The notes below the pieces were generated by a model that searched no databases, was not told the origin of the DNA, and was given only the letters and a program-made list of their open reading frames with translations. Shown here in pieces: positions 9,851-19,755 of a stretch of DNA of 64,000 nucleotides. A program made the position numbers and the translations under genes. Position 1 is the stretch's first letter. Each line of letters opens with the position of its first letter. Source of the DNA: an uncultured Bacteroidota bacterium (GTDB lineage Bacteria; Bacteroidota; Bacteroidia; B-17B0; Aurantibacillaceae); assembly GCA_903834765.1 (NCBI GenBank), contig CAILKE010000016.1, positions 2,686 through 66,685 on the forward strand, written 5' to 3'.

Positions 9851-10037
9851 AGATTTTATTATTAAGTTTCATGAAGGAGAACAAGTAACACTGAATTATA
9901 AAAGTGAAGTTGATGGATTGGTTAGATATGAAACATCATTTGTAAACCCTACTAGTTTAAAAGAAGGAGAATATGTGAAACTTACTTTAATAGTTGAGCA
10001 CGCTCTTATCAATAAAGAAAATAAAAAAATCCACTAA
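9837..10037 (+). CDS. Hypothetical small protein
   Basis: 66-aa ORF abutting the next ORF (stop 10037, start 10038). Confidence 0.3.
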   Translation: MKRYKDFIIKFHEGEQVTLNYKSEVDGLVRYETSFVNPTSLKEGEYVKLTLIVEHALINKENKKIH

Positions 10038-10424
10038 ATGCTTCTATTAAAATATTTCGAAAACTTTAACGATGATGACAATAAGTTGTCAAAAAAAGTA
10101 TATGATCTACAAAATGATAATGAATTTAATGCTAATAAGTATGTTGAATCCGAAGAATCTTATCGCTTCGTTTATTATAGTGATGATTATTCACACTATA
10201 AACTGCAAATCTATCCGCAGTTTGAAATTTGTTTAATTACTTATCCCGATTCAGCATTTAACTGGACCGCTTGTAATGCAATTGAAAAAAATGAAGATTA
10301 CTTTAGGCAAGATGTTTTTGATAGTGAATTTTATGATTGGCTTTTATTTACTGTTACTAATTATAAAAGTATAGAAATTCCAAGCATAACATTTAAAACA
10401 ACAAAACTATTGTCCCGAAATTAA
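10038..10424 (+). CDS. Hypothetical protein
   Basis: 128-aa acidic/aromatic-rich ORF; no motif. Confidence 0.4.
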   Translation: MLLLKYFENFNDDDNKLSKKVYDLQNDNEFNANKYVESEESYRFVYYSDDYSHYKLQIYPQFEICLITYPDSAFNWTACNAIEKNEDYFRQDVFDSEFYDWLLFTVTNYKSIEIPSITFKTTKLLSRN

Positions 10425-10469
10425 TTCCAAATATTTAAAATAAATAGATTCGCTCATACTAACCATTGA

Positions 10470-10658
10470 ATGAATAATCTATTTAATAAAAAGAAATTTC
10501 AGCTAAATCAAATAGAAAAACTGGATCCAATGGTTGAATTATTTTTATTGGAAATGGTACTCGAAACATTAGTGGAAGATGAAAAATATGAGTTAGCCTC
10601 AATTATTTTTAACAGAATTGAGAGTGTTAAAAACACCTCAGACTTAGATAGGTCATAA
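10470..10658 (+). CDS. Hypothetical small protein
   Basis: 62-aa ORF; no motif. Confidence 0.25.
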   Translation: MNNLFNKKKFQLNQIEKLDPMVELFLLEMVLETLVEDEKYELASIIFNRIESVKNTSDLDRS

Positions 10659-10781
10659 ACTCTCAATCCTCTTTTAGTAGTGTAAAATAAACGTTACAAT
10701 AAATTGTCAAGGGTCAATGGAAGTAGGTACTTTAGCTATGAAACGCCTGTTAATAGGCATTAATATAAACTTAAAACAGAA

Positions 10782-11456
10782 ATGAAAATGAAAACAACAG
10801 AAGAACAACCGTTATCTCCAACGCAACAAACTTTGATCGATCACCTTGAAAAATTTGCCAATTCACCGGTAGATTTAATTGTTACAGCAACTGGATTAAA
10901 CAAATTATTAGTCACTAATTCTTTAAAAATATTATTGGAGAAAAAGAAGCTAGTTGAAGTTTCTGATACAACTCCTCCAGTATACAATTTAGTAGCTACT
11001 ACTAAAAAAATTACAAATATTGCTGAGAAAAAATCAGTCAAAACTGAAACAGATAAGACTTCACTACCAAAAACTGAAGTAGCAAAAAAGAAAGCTGATG
11101 ATGAAGTTGTTTTAAAAAAAGAAAATGGTCGTGATACTTCTAAACTGAAATTTAATGGAAATGAATACGGAAAAGGAAGATTAGTATTAGCTGTTGTAAA
11201 AAAATATATGGAAGATAATCCTAGAACAACTTTAACAAAATTGAAAGAAGTATTTCCTGACGAACTACAAAATAGATATGGAATCATACAAGAAGTTGCA
11301 AAAGCAAAAAAGTTAAGTGCTGAAATTGACCGTTTTTTCTTTAAGCCTGAAGACTTAATCAAAGTTGGAGATAAAAAAGTTGCTGTTTGTAATCAATTTG
11401 GATCACACAACCTTCCATTAAAACATTTTAAGTCTTTAGGATTTGTAATTAAATAA
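10782..11456 (+). CDS. Hypothetical Lys-rich protein (possible winged-helix N-terminus)
   Basis: 224-aa ORF followed by a clean terminator. N-terminal 'SPTQQTLIDHLEKFANSPVDLIVTATGLNKLLVTNSLKILLEKKKLV' looks wHTH-like. The central region is K/E-rich. Confidence 0.55.
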   Translation: MKMKTTEEQPLSPTQQTLIDHLEKFANSPVDLIVTATGLNKLLVTNSLKILLEKKKLVEVSDTTPPVYNLVATTKKITNIAEKKSVKTETDKTSLPKTEVAKKKADDEVVLKKENGRDTSKLKFNGNEYGKGRLVLAVVKKYMEDNPRTTLTKLKEVFPDELQNRYGIIQEVAKAKKLSAEIDRFFFKPEDLIKVGDKKVAVCNQFGSHNLPLKHFKSLGFVIK

Positions 11457-11481
11457 AAACCACGCCATGGTTTTTAACGAG

Positions 11482-11500
11482 GGGAGCAATTATTGCTCCC
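11482..11500 (+). terminator. Rho-independent terminator
   Basis: gggagcaa-tta-ttgctccc (8-bp stem) followed by tttgttgttttt, 25 nt after the stop of 10782..11456. Confidence 0.7.
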
Positions 11501-11857
11501 TTTGTTGTTTTTATCGTTTCTCATTAGGTTTATTTAGGAGGAGAATGGTTTAAAAGCCATAACAATACTCATTTTAACAAAAACTATATTCTAGGTTTAA
11601 GCAGGAGGGCTGAGGAACATGTTTTAAAGCTAAATACAATGCTAATTCTTTAAAATTTCAAATAAGTACCCAAATTGTGCTCGTTTTGTATTAGTTCGTT
11701 TAAAGCTTTTACCCTGCGAATACAGTAACATTTCAAAATAAGTAACAAATCTTACATCAATTGGTTGTTTTGCTAAAATTTGCCGTCATTTTACTTGGGA
11801 GTACCCTTAAATTTTCTCATATTTGAACATAACGGTTTCAAAAAAGAGAAGTACTAA

Positions 11858-13468
11858 ATGGCAAAAATTAAGGCAGAAATAGCAAAACCAAAAGCAGATA
11901 TTGATTTTGAAAAAGAATTGTGGAATGTAGCCAATGAGTTACGAGGAGCAGTAGCAGAAAATCAATATAAGGATTATGTGTTGTCCCTTATTTTTTTAAA
12001 ACACATGAGTGAGCGTTATGAAACGCGCCGTGACGAATTATTACATTTAGTTAGCGAACCACAGTCAGAATACTTTACTAAAAATAAAAAAGAAGCCGAA
12101 GCAATAGTAAGTGATCCTGATGAGTACATTTCTAAAAACACGTTCATTATACCACATAAAGCCACTTGGCAATATTTACAGGATAATACTGAGCAGGATG
12201 ATATTAAAGTAAAAGTAGATGACGCGTTTGAATTATTAGAAAACACAATTGCAATTTTTCGTCCTGAGTTAAAAGGCATTCTTCCAAGAATATTTGTAAA
12301 GAGTCAATTATCAAGTAAACAGTTAGGTGGGTTAATTAATTTATTTTCTAATCCTAAATTTTCAGAAAAAAACAATCCTGAAAGTGATGTCTTAGGTCGG
12401 ATATACGAATACTACATTGGACGTTTTGCTATTGCTGAAGGTAGTGGTGCAGGCCAGTTCTTTACGCCTGGTTGTATAGTACGATTGCTTGTGGAAATGT
12501 TGGAGCCACTAAAAGGAAAGATTGCAGATTTTGCTTGTGGAAGCGGCGGAATGTTTGTGCAATCTTTAAAATTTATTAATGCACATGGCGGTAATAAAAA
12601 AGATATTTCACTATATGGACAAGAACGTTATGATGGAACATTACGTTTAGCTAAAATGAATTTGGCTTTACGTGACTTAAATTTTCAATTAGAGTTAGGT
12701 GATTCTTTATTACAAGATAAATTGCCAGAGTTAAAAGCAGATTACATTATTATGAATCCGCCATTTAATGTAAGCCAATGGCACCCTGAAGATTTACCTG
12801 AAAATGACCCACGTTTATTTAAACTAAAAGATAGTAACGACCCAGTTGTAACCGATGGTAACGCAAATTACATGTGGTTTCAAACTGTATGGAGCCATTT
12901 AAGTGATAGTGGAACTGCGGGTATTGTTATGGCAAATGGTGCCATGACCTCCAATAACAAAGGAGAACGTAATGTACGTGAACACATGCTTAATGAAAGC
13001 ATGATTGATTGCATTGTACGTTTACCGGATAAATTATTTTTAACTACTGGCATACCTGCATGTTTGTTTTTTTTAAGCAAAACACGCAAAGGAAATAAAC
13101 AGCATCGTGAACGTAAAAACGATGTATTATTCATAGATGCTAGTAAACTTGGTGAAATGACTAACCGTAAATTACGTGTGCTTACTGATGGAGAAATGGA
13201 ACGTATTGCTAATGTTTACCATAATTGGAGAAATACAAAAGGTAAATATGAAGACATACAAGCCTTTTGCAAAAATGCTACTTTACAAGACATTATTAAG
13301 CAAGATTACAAATTAACACCTGGTATTTATGTTGGTAGTGAAGATGCCGAAATTGATTTAATACCATTTGAAGAAAAAATGGACACACTTAAATCTACTC
13401 TTAAACAACAATTTGCTAAGAGTATTGAGTTGCAAAAACGTATTGAAAAAAATTTAAGTCAATTATAA
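11858..13468 (+). CDS. hsdM: Type I restriction-modification methyltransferase subunit
   Basis: HsdM N-terminal region ('FEKELWNVANELRG...YKDYVLSLIFLKHMSERYE'). SAM motif 'DFACGSGGMF'. Catalytic 'NPPFN'. Confidence 0.95.
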   Translation: MAKIKAEIAKPKADIDFEKELWNVANELRGAVAENQYKDYVLSLIFLKHMSERYETRRDELLHLVSEPQSEYFTKNKKEAEAIVSDPDEYISKNTFIIPHKATWQYLQDNTEQDDIKVKVDDAFELLENTIAIFRPELKGILPRIFVKSQLSSKQLGGLINLFSNPKFSEKNNPESDVLGRIYEYYIGRFAIAEGSGAGQFFTPGCIVRLLVEMLEPLKGKIADFACGSGGMFVQSLKFINAHGGNKKDISLYGQERYDGTLRLAKMNLALRDLNFQLELGDSLLQDKLPELKADYIIMNPPFNVSQWHPEDLPENDPRLFKLKDSNDPVVTDGNANYMWFQTVWSHLSDSGTAGIVMANGAMTSNNKGERNVREHMLNESMIDCIVRLPDKLFLTTGIPACLFFLSKTRKGNKQHRERKNDVLFIDASKLGEMTNRKLRVLTDGEMERIANVYHNWRNTKGKYEDIQAFCKNATLQDIIKQDYKLTPGIYVGSEDAEIDLIPFEEKMDTLKSTLKQQFAKSIELQKRIEKNLSQL

Positions 13469-13469
13469 T

Positions 13470-15512
13470 ATGGCAAAAAGAAATCTAACTACAAACTCCA
13501 GAATACTAAATGAACATCTTACAAAATACAGAAATACATTTTTTGCATTTTGTGAGTTAATAAACAATTCCATACAAGCAGGAGCTACAAATATCTCCAT
13601 TGATATTAAGTATCCAAAAGCTAATGCAGTTGCCACTTCTCCTGTAGAAGAAATAGTTATTAAAGATGATGGGAAAGGTGTTTCTAACTCTGAGTTTGAC
13701 CAAAAAATACTTGAGATTGGAACAACTTCTAAAGATGGTGGCGAAGGGATAGGAAGATTTGGAGCATTACAAATAGGCTCTAAAATGGAAATTGAAACCG
13801 TTGCGTATGACAAAAAAATTGACCAATTCACTAAAGTAAATTTTAATTTAGATTCAAGTCTATTTAAAAACAAAGAGCTAAAAGATCTCGATTTAGAAAT
13901 ACAATCTGAGGATTTAGGAAAAAACGATAAACCAACTTCTTATCAAGTTAAAATAAAGGAGCTATATCATGCGAAACAAGACACCGTTCAACGCAAAAAT
14001 AAAATAACAGAAGATTTTTTAGAAGAAAATATAAAACTTTCAATTTTCGAAAGATATACGTTACCAATATTTAATGAAAGTATTTCTTTTACAATCAATA
14101 AGCAAAAAATAAAAAAGAAAGATTTTTTAGAAGAAGAGCCTTCTAAAAAAACATTAAGCATTAAGGATCTCAAAGGAACATTAAGGAAAGTAAACCTATA
14201 TTTCTATAATATTAAAGTTAATTTAAAAAAAGTAAAAGTATTTTTTCAGGTTGAAAATGCTGGTATAAAAACAGTAGGTCATGAATACACATATTCATCT
14301 GACTGGTATACTCCTGATTTAGGAACATGGTTTGTTTATGTAGATTCTGATTTCTTCTCGAGTGATTTATTTAGAAATGTAGACTTTGGAGTTTATGCAG
14401 ATGATGAGTTAAGGAATTTACAAATTAATGTTAGAGCTGCGATTGACGAGTTTTTTAAAAATAGAAATAAAAAATTTGAAAAATTCGTAAATACTTTAGA
14501 AAGCGATACATACTATCCATTTAAAAAAGGCGAGCCTGTTATGGATACGCAACAGAACTTGTTTAATAAAGTAGCTTTTCTAATCGAAGAAGAACATAAA
14601 TTAATTGAAGGGGACAATAAAATTAGAAATTTTATATACCCATTAATAAATAGTGCCATTAGAGAGGGGAAAATAAAAGATATTTTCGAAAAAGTACTTA
14701 ATTTAAAAGCTGACACCATTGATAAATTCCATTCATTACTTGAAAAAACAGATTTGGAAGATGTTATTTCTTTTTCAAGTCAAGTGGCAGATAGATTACA
14801 ATTTTTAGATTTTTTAGAAAACATAACTTACGGAAAAGTAGCTGAATTTTTAAAAGAGAGAAAGCAGTTACATAAGATAGTCGAAAAAAATCTTTGGGTT
14901 TTCGGTGAAAATTATAATGGCACACCAGCATTGTGGTCGGACAAAAATTTAGGTAAAATACTAACTGATTTACATCAAGAAATTGAATATACTCCATCAG
15001 AACCAGATGATAATATTGATACTGATTTAAAGATAGAGGGAATAAGTGAAATCACAGATTTAGTTTTTTATAATGAAAAAATAACCGATGATGATTGCAG
15101 AGAGATTATGGTCGTAGAGTTAAAAGCACCTAAGTGTAAAATCTCACCAAAAGAATTAAGTCAAATATTTGGTTATGGTTATAAAATAAAAGAGAACTCT
15201 CAGTTTCCTTCTGATAAAGTAAAATATAAATTACTATTAATATCATCCAAAATTAATGGTAAAGCAGATACTCAGATTAAATCTAATAATTTACGTAAGG
15301 AAAAGCCTTTTTTATATCAAAAAATAGAAGAAAAAAATATTGAAATCTATGTTATGACTTGGGCTGAATTATTAGAATTGAATAAACGAAAATTGGGCTA
15401 CTTATCAAATAAATTAAAAGTAAAAGAGAAAGATGTTTCTGAGGTTTTTGAAGAAGAGTATCCGGAAATTGTTGATGCAACATTTACTTCACGAATGAGG
15501 AAAACAGCTTAA
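13470..15512 (+). CDS. GHKL (MORC/HATPase_c_3-like) ATPase with C-terminal PD-(D/E)xK-like nuclease motif
   Basis: Bergerat-fold motifs 'ELINNSIQAGA', 'DDGKGV', 'GEGIGRFG'. C-terminal 'DLVFYNE...IMVVELKAP' (~15050..15135) fits D...ExK. Starts 1 nt after the hsdM stop; TAATG overlap with hsdS. Confidence 0.65.
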   Translation: MAKRNLTTNSRILNEHLTKYRNTFFAFCELINNSIQAGATNISIDIKYPKANAVATSPVEEIVIKDDGKGVSNSEFDQKILEIGTTSKDGGEGIGRFGALQIGSKMEIETVAYDKKIDQFTKVNFNLDSSLFKNKELKDLDLEIQSEDLGKNDKPTSYQVKIKELYHAKQDTVQRKNKITEDFLEENIKLSIFERYTLPIFNESISFTINKQKIKKKDFLEEEPSKKTLSIKDLKGTLRKVNLYFYNIKVNLKKVKVFFQVENAGIKTVGHEYTYSSDWYTPDLGTWFVYVDSDFFSSDLFRNVDFGVYADDELRNLQINVRAAIDEFFKNRNKKFEKFVNTLESDTYYPFKKGEPVMDTQQNLFNKVAFLIEEEHKLIEGDNKIRNFIYPLINSAIREGKIKDIFEKVLNLKADTIDKFHSLLEKTDLEDVISFSSQVADRLQFLDFLENITYGKVAEFLKERKQLHKIVEKNLWVFGENYNGTPALWSDKNLGKILTDLHQEIEYTPSEPDDNIDTDLKIEGISEITDLVFYNEKITDDDCREIMVVELKAPKCKISPKELSQIFGYGYKIKENSQFPSDKVKYKLLLISSKINGKADTQIKSNNLRKEKPFLYQKIEEKNIEIYVMTWAELLELNKRKLGYLSNKLKVKEKDVSEVFEEEYPEIVDATFTSRMRKTA

Positions 15513-16693
15513 TGAATAACTGGAAAAAATATAAACTTACTGATTTGGGAACGTTAGCTAGAGGCAAATCTAAAAACAGACCTAGAGATGCTGCGTTTCT
15601 TTATGGTGGACCATATCCATTTATTCAAACTGGGGATATAAAAGGTTCTAATCATAGAATCTATAGTTATACTCAAACATATTCTGAAGCGGGATTAAAG
15701 CAAAGTAAGCTTTGGCCTAAAGACACTATATGCCTTACGATTGCTGCAAATATTGGTGATACTGCTATTCTAGATTTTCCCGCTTGCTTTCCTGATAGTG
15801 TATTAGGATTTATTGCAGATAAAACAAAATGTGATGTTGAGTTTATTGAATACCTTTTGCAACATTATAAAAAGGAAATTCAATCTCATTCAATTGGCTC
15901 AGTTCAAGACAATATAAATCTTGGAACATTTGAAAATGTAGAATTTAATCTCCCCACCCTCTCCGAACAACAAACCATTGCCGAAATACTATCATCATTA
16001 GATGATAAAATAGAACTCAACTTACAAATCAATAAAACCTTAGAGGAAATGGCTAATGCTTTATACAAACATTGGTTTGTTGATTTTGGCCCTTTTCAAG
16101 ACGGTAAGTTTGTTGAGAGTGAATTAGGTTTGATACCCGAAGGTTGGGAGGTTAAAACACTAGAATATATCGCTGACTTTAAAAATGGGAAAGGAATAAA
16201 AGATGAAGACAAGCATGAAAATGGTAAATACATTGTGCTCGGTTCAAATGGTATAGTTGGCAGAACCGATAAAGTATTATTTAAAGAACCTGTAATTGCT
16301 ACAGGAAGAGTTGGTGCAAATTATGGTGCAATTCACTATTCACTTCTTCCATGTTGGATTTCAGATAATGCTATTACCTCACAACCAATCATCAAAACCA
16401 ATTTATGGTTCCTGCTTAGATTATTACAAAACATCAATTATAATAATTTTGCTGTAGGTTCAGCCCAACCACTTATAACTCAAGGTGCGATAAAGAACAT
16501 TTTATTTGCATATCCTAATCAAAACATATTAGATAACTATTATTCTAAAGTTAATAATCTATATCTAAGTATTAATGAAAATAAAATTGAATGTGAAAAT
16601 CTTAAGCAGATCCGTGATTGTCTACTACCAAAATTAATTAGTGGAGAAATAGGAGTAAAGGATCCAGCTAAAAAAGTAAAAGAAGTATTGTAG
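15512..16693 (+). CDS. hsdS: Type I R-M specificity subunit
   Basis: Two target-recognition halves separated by the conserved 'LSEQQTIAEILSSLDDKIELN' helix. C-terminal 'LKQIRDCLLPKLISGEI'. Confidence 0.9.
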   Translation: MNNWKKYKLTDLGTLARGKSKNRPRDAAFLYGGPYPFIQTGDIKGSNHRIYSYTQTYSEAGLKQSKLWPKDTICLTIAANIGDTAILDFPACFPDSVLGFIADKTKCDVEFIEYLLQHYKKEIQSHSIGSVQDNINLGTFENVEFNLPTLSEQQTIAEILSSLDDKIELNLQINKTLEEMANALYKHWFVDFGPFQDGKFVESELGLIPEGWEVKTLEYIADFKNGKGIKDEDKHENGKYIVLGSNGIVGRTDKVLFKEPVIATGRVGANYGAIHYSLLPCWISDNAITSQPIIKTNLWFLLRLLQNINYNNFAVGSAQPLITQGAIKNILFAYPNQNILDNYYSKVNNLYLSINENKIECENLKQIRDCLLPKLISGEIGVKDPAKKVKEVL

Positions 16694-19600
16694 TGAGCAT
16701 AAACAAAATAAAAGATTTTGGGTTTTACAAACTCACTGCTCCTATACAGGAACAAGCCAATTCTTTTGTGTCTTATGTAGTGTCGCCCGATGGCAAATCT
16801 TATTTTATAAAAATACCAAAGGGTTTGCAAAGTGGTTCGGCAGCTGGGCGTATGTTTTCAAACATGCTTCAAAAATTAAAATCAATTAATAACCCTTACT
16901 TAGGCAAAGTAATTGATTATGGGTTTGAGCAAGGTTATGCTTACATTATTATGGAAGACTATAGCCAATATAAACCCTTGCAATTATTGGTTTCTGATAA
17001 TGGTTACAGCCTTTCAAAAACAATGCAGCTTTGGTATAAATGTGCTGCTGCTTTGCATACACTTTCAGGTTCTAATTTATTTCATCGCGATTTGCAACCT
17101 GCTAATATTTTAGTGCATAACGATGAACTAAAATTAGTTGATATTGGTTGGGCAGAATTGGAGCATACTATTAGCCAAACCGAACAACAACTAAACTTGG
17201 CAAAAGAGTTTGCAGCTCCCGAACTTATACAGCAAAATGAGTCGTTAAACCGCCGTCATAGTGATGTTTATTCCTTAGCACAAATTGTGGTTTATTTAAT
17301 ACTAGAGCACCAATTGTTTTACGAATACAGAAACACTGATAAACGATTGGAACTTATTAAAGAAAATTTTGAAAATCGTATTAGTGTAGATGCTTTAGAA
17401 CAATTATTACATACTCTAAAAAAATGCCTCGACCTTATACCACAAAACCGCTTTGGTAATTATGTGGAATTGCAAGAAGCTATTAAAAAATTAATAGATG
17501 CTGATACACTGGCACCTTTGGATGCCAAGGTAGATTCGATCTTACCACGGTTATCGAGATCACAAGACCATGAATTTTATAAGTGGAAAACGCTTATAAC
17601 CGAAGAGATGGATTTTATAAAGGCAAATGCCTTTACAGTATCCTATAGCGAAAGAACAATAGATGCTCAAAAATCGGAAGCTATTTTTAAGTTGCAGGAT
17701 ATTGAAGACCAAAAAGTAATGGACTTTATTAATAAAACCCGTAAGGAAGATGATATTACAATCGTAATACCTGGCACTCATAAAGATAGCAGAGGTCGCG
17801 CTGCCTCTATAGGCTATACTGAAAGCTATAACAAACAAAGCAAAGAACTAAAAGTAAAAAACTTTACAGGCGATGCCGATGCTATACCTATGCGCGGCAC
17901 CCTAGCCCAGGATATTGAAAAAGAATTAATACAATATAAACGTCAGCAAGCAGCTATTACCGATTTTAAAAAAGGCGACATGGTAAATCCTGAGTTGCGC
18001 AACTACTTATTTAACGCACATCAATTGCCAGAAGCAGGTTTTATAAATTCCAATCTTCAAATTATTTCTCAAACAAAACAACATACACCTGTTCCTTTTA
18101 AAAATTCACAACTCAACGCCGTTGAAAAAAGTTTGTTTCGAGCTCCTTATGTATTAATACAAGGCCCGCCGGGCACAGGTAAAACAACAGTTATTACGGA
18201 GGTCATAAGGCAATTGGTAAAACGTAATCCTGAAGTTAAAATATTAATAACCTCTCAAACCAATTTGGCAGTAGATAACGTGCTAAAAAAAATTGCTAGC
18301 GATAAAAACATTCGCTTTATTCGTTTAGGCGCCGAAGAACGCATTTCGTTTAATGAACTAAAAAAAGAATCGTACGAAAACAAATTAAAAACCTGGGGTG
18401 ATAAATCGAGAGAAAAATCAAAGGCGCATTTTAAAGCTCATTATAAAGCAACAGAACTTAATCCCATACTAAATACGATTGTATCAACCTTTGAAGCCAA
18501 TAAACACAATTGGAAAGAAGCTAAACAAAAACTAATGCAAGTATTGTCGTTTGGCAAGCACGCTTATGTTGGCTTATCATCTCATTTAGATACGAAGGAC
18601 ACTTTTGAAAAAGCCTTAAAACCGCTTTTACCGCAACAATATCATCAATACAGTCAGTTAAAAAACATACAGGATAAATGGTTGCAAATCATATCAAACA
18701 TACATGATAAACCTGCTATTACCGAACGCTTGATGCGAAGCGTAAATGTAATTGCATCTACCTGCAACCATATCGCCGCTGGTTTATACCGCAATCATAA
18801 ATTTAATTTCGATTATATGATTATGGATGAGGCTGCAAAAGCTACTTTGCCCGAAACCTTAGTGCCGTTAAATATGGCAAAAAACGTCATCTTAATTGGC
18901 GACCATAAACAGTTACCACCGTTGGTCTTATCAACCAAAAGTGTAAAAGAAAAGGTAGTGCAAAAACTAAAAACACAACTCGACGAAGAAAATATTGATT
19001 TTGATAAAATGTATTTAGAGGAGCCTACGCTCTTTGAAACTATGTACGAAAGTGCCTCTACCGATTACAAAGAGTTGTTGGATACACAATTTCGAATGCC
19101 CATAAGTTTAGGAAACATGGTTTCAAAATTTGTTTACAACCGTGATCTAAAATCAGAAGAAGGTATGTGTGGAGCTAGCCACACTATTTCAAACTTTGGC
19201 CCACTAGTATTTATTGATACTTCAACATCACCGTTACGATTTTCAAAACAAAACAAACACTCGCATAGCAATGCATATAATGCTAAAACAATTTTTAATG
19301 TATTGCAGTACATCGATCAATTTGAGGAAGTAAAAGGTTATACCATTGGTATCATCACAGGATATTTAGCGCAGGTAAGTGAGTTAGAAAAATTATTAAG
19401 TGGCAAAACATTTAAAAACATACAAGTACCCAATGATTTTAAACGAGCCAATGATAGAGAATTAGTGATCTCTACCGTTGATAAATTTCAGGGCAGTGAA
19501 AAAGACATTATTATTTTTGATGTGGTAAAAAGTGAAGTAAATGGCAGTCTTGGTTTTTTAGCGATGCCAAACCGCATTAACGTTGCCTTTTCGCGCGCCC

Positions 19601-19755
19601 AGCGCTTAATGATTGCTGTGGGCGATACTGACTTTATAAAAAACACAAGCTCTCAAATACTGGCAAAAAAAGTATTGTTGCAGGAATTTACTGAATATAT
19701 GTTAGATAAGGCCCAAGTCATAAACGCAGAAGAAATTGAAAAACTAAAACCTTAA
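16693..19755 (+). CDS. mkoA: Ser/Thr protein kinase fused to Upf1/DNA2-like SF1 helicase (type I Mokosh MkoA-like)
   Basis: Kinase: 'YFIKIPK', 'HRDLQPANILV' (~17083), 'DIGWAE', 'APE'. Helicase: 'GPPGTGKTT' (~18165), 'MDEAAKA', 'DKFQGSEKDIIIFD', 'RINVAFSRAQ'. GTG start overlaps the hsdS stop. Confidence 0.7.
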   Translation: MSINKIKDFGFYKLTAPIQEQANSFVSYVVSPDGKSYFIKIPKGLQSGSAAGRMFSNMLQKLKSINNPYLGKVIDYGFEQGYAYIIMEDYSQYKPLQLLVSDNGYSLSKTMQLWYKCAAALHTLSGSNLFHRDLQPANILVHNDELKLVDIGWAELEHTISQTEQQLNLAKEFAAPELIQQNESLNRRHSDVYSLAQIVVYLILEHQLFYEYRNTDKRLELIKENFENRISVDALEQLLHTLKKCLDLIPQNRFGNYVELQEAIKKLIDADTLAPLDAKVDSILPRLSRSQDHEFYKWKTLITEEMDFIKANAFTVSYSERTIDAQKSEAIFKLQDIEDQKVMDFINKTRKEDDITIVIPGTHKDSRGRAASIGYTESYNKQSKELKVKNFTGDADAIPMRGTLAQDIEKELIQYKRQQAAITDFKKGDMVNPELRNYLFNAHQLPEAGFINSNLQIISQTKQHTPVPFKNSQLNAVEKSLFRAPYVLIQGPPGTGKTTVITEVIRQLVKRNPEVKILITSQTNLAVDNVLKKIASDKNIRFIRLGAEERISFNELKKESYENKLKTWGDKSREKSKAHFKAHYKATELNPILNTIVSTFEANKHNWKEAKQKLMQVLSFGKHAYVGLSSHLDTKDTFEKALKPLLPQQYHQYSQLKNIQDKWLQIISNIHDKPAITERLMRSVNVIASTCNHIAAGLYRNHKFNFDYMIMDEAAKATLPETLVPLNMAKNVILIGDHKQLPPLVLSTKSVKEKVVQKLKTQLDEENIDFDKMYLEEPTLFETMYESASTDYKELLDTQFRMPISLGNMVSKFVYNRDLKSEEGMCGASHTISNFGPLVFIDTSTSPLRFSKQNKHSHSNAYNAKTIFNVLQYIDQFEEVKGYTIGIITGYLAQVSELEKLLSGKTFKNIQVPNDFKRANDRELVISTVDKFQGSEKDIIIFDVVKSEVNGSLGFLAMPNRINVAFSRAQRLMIAVGDTDFIKNTSSQILAKKVLLQEFTEYMLDKAQVINAEEIEKLKP

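Noticed and set aside
10841-11362. 173-aa minus-strand ORF inside 10782..11456
   Set aside because: It is fully nested antisense to a Lys-rich ORF that has its own terminator. Its low-complexity Ser/Phe-rich translation is typical of an antisense frame of AAA/GAA-rich coding DNA.
15512-16693. Phase-variable hsdS shufflon driven by the nearby recombinases
   Set aside because: There is only one hsdS gene and no silent hsdS half-cassettes. I saw no inverted repeats matching hsdS conserved regions in the window.
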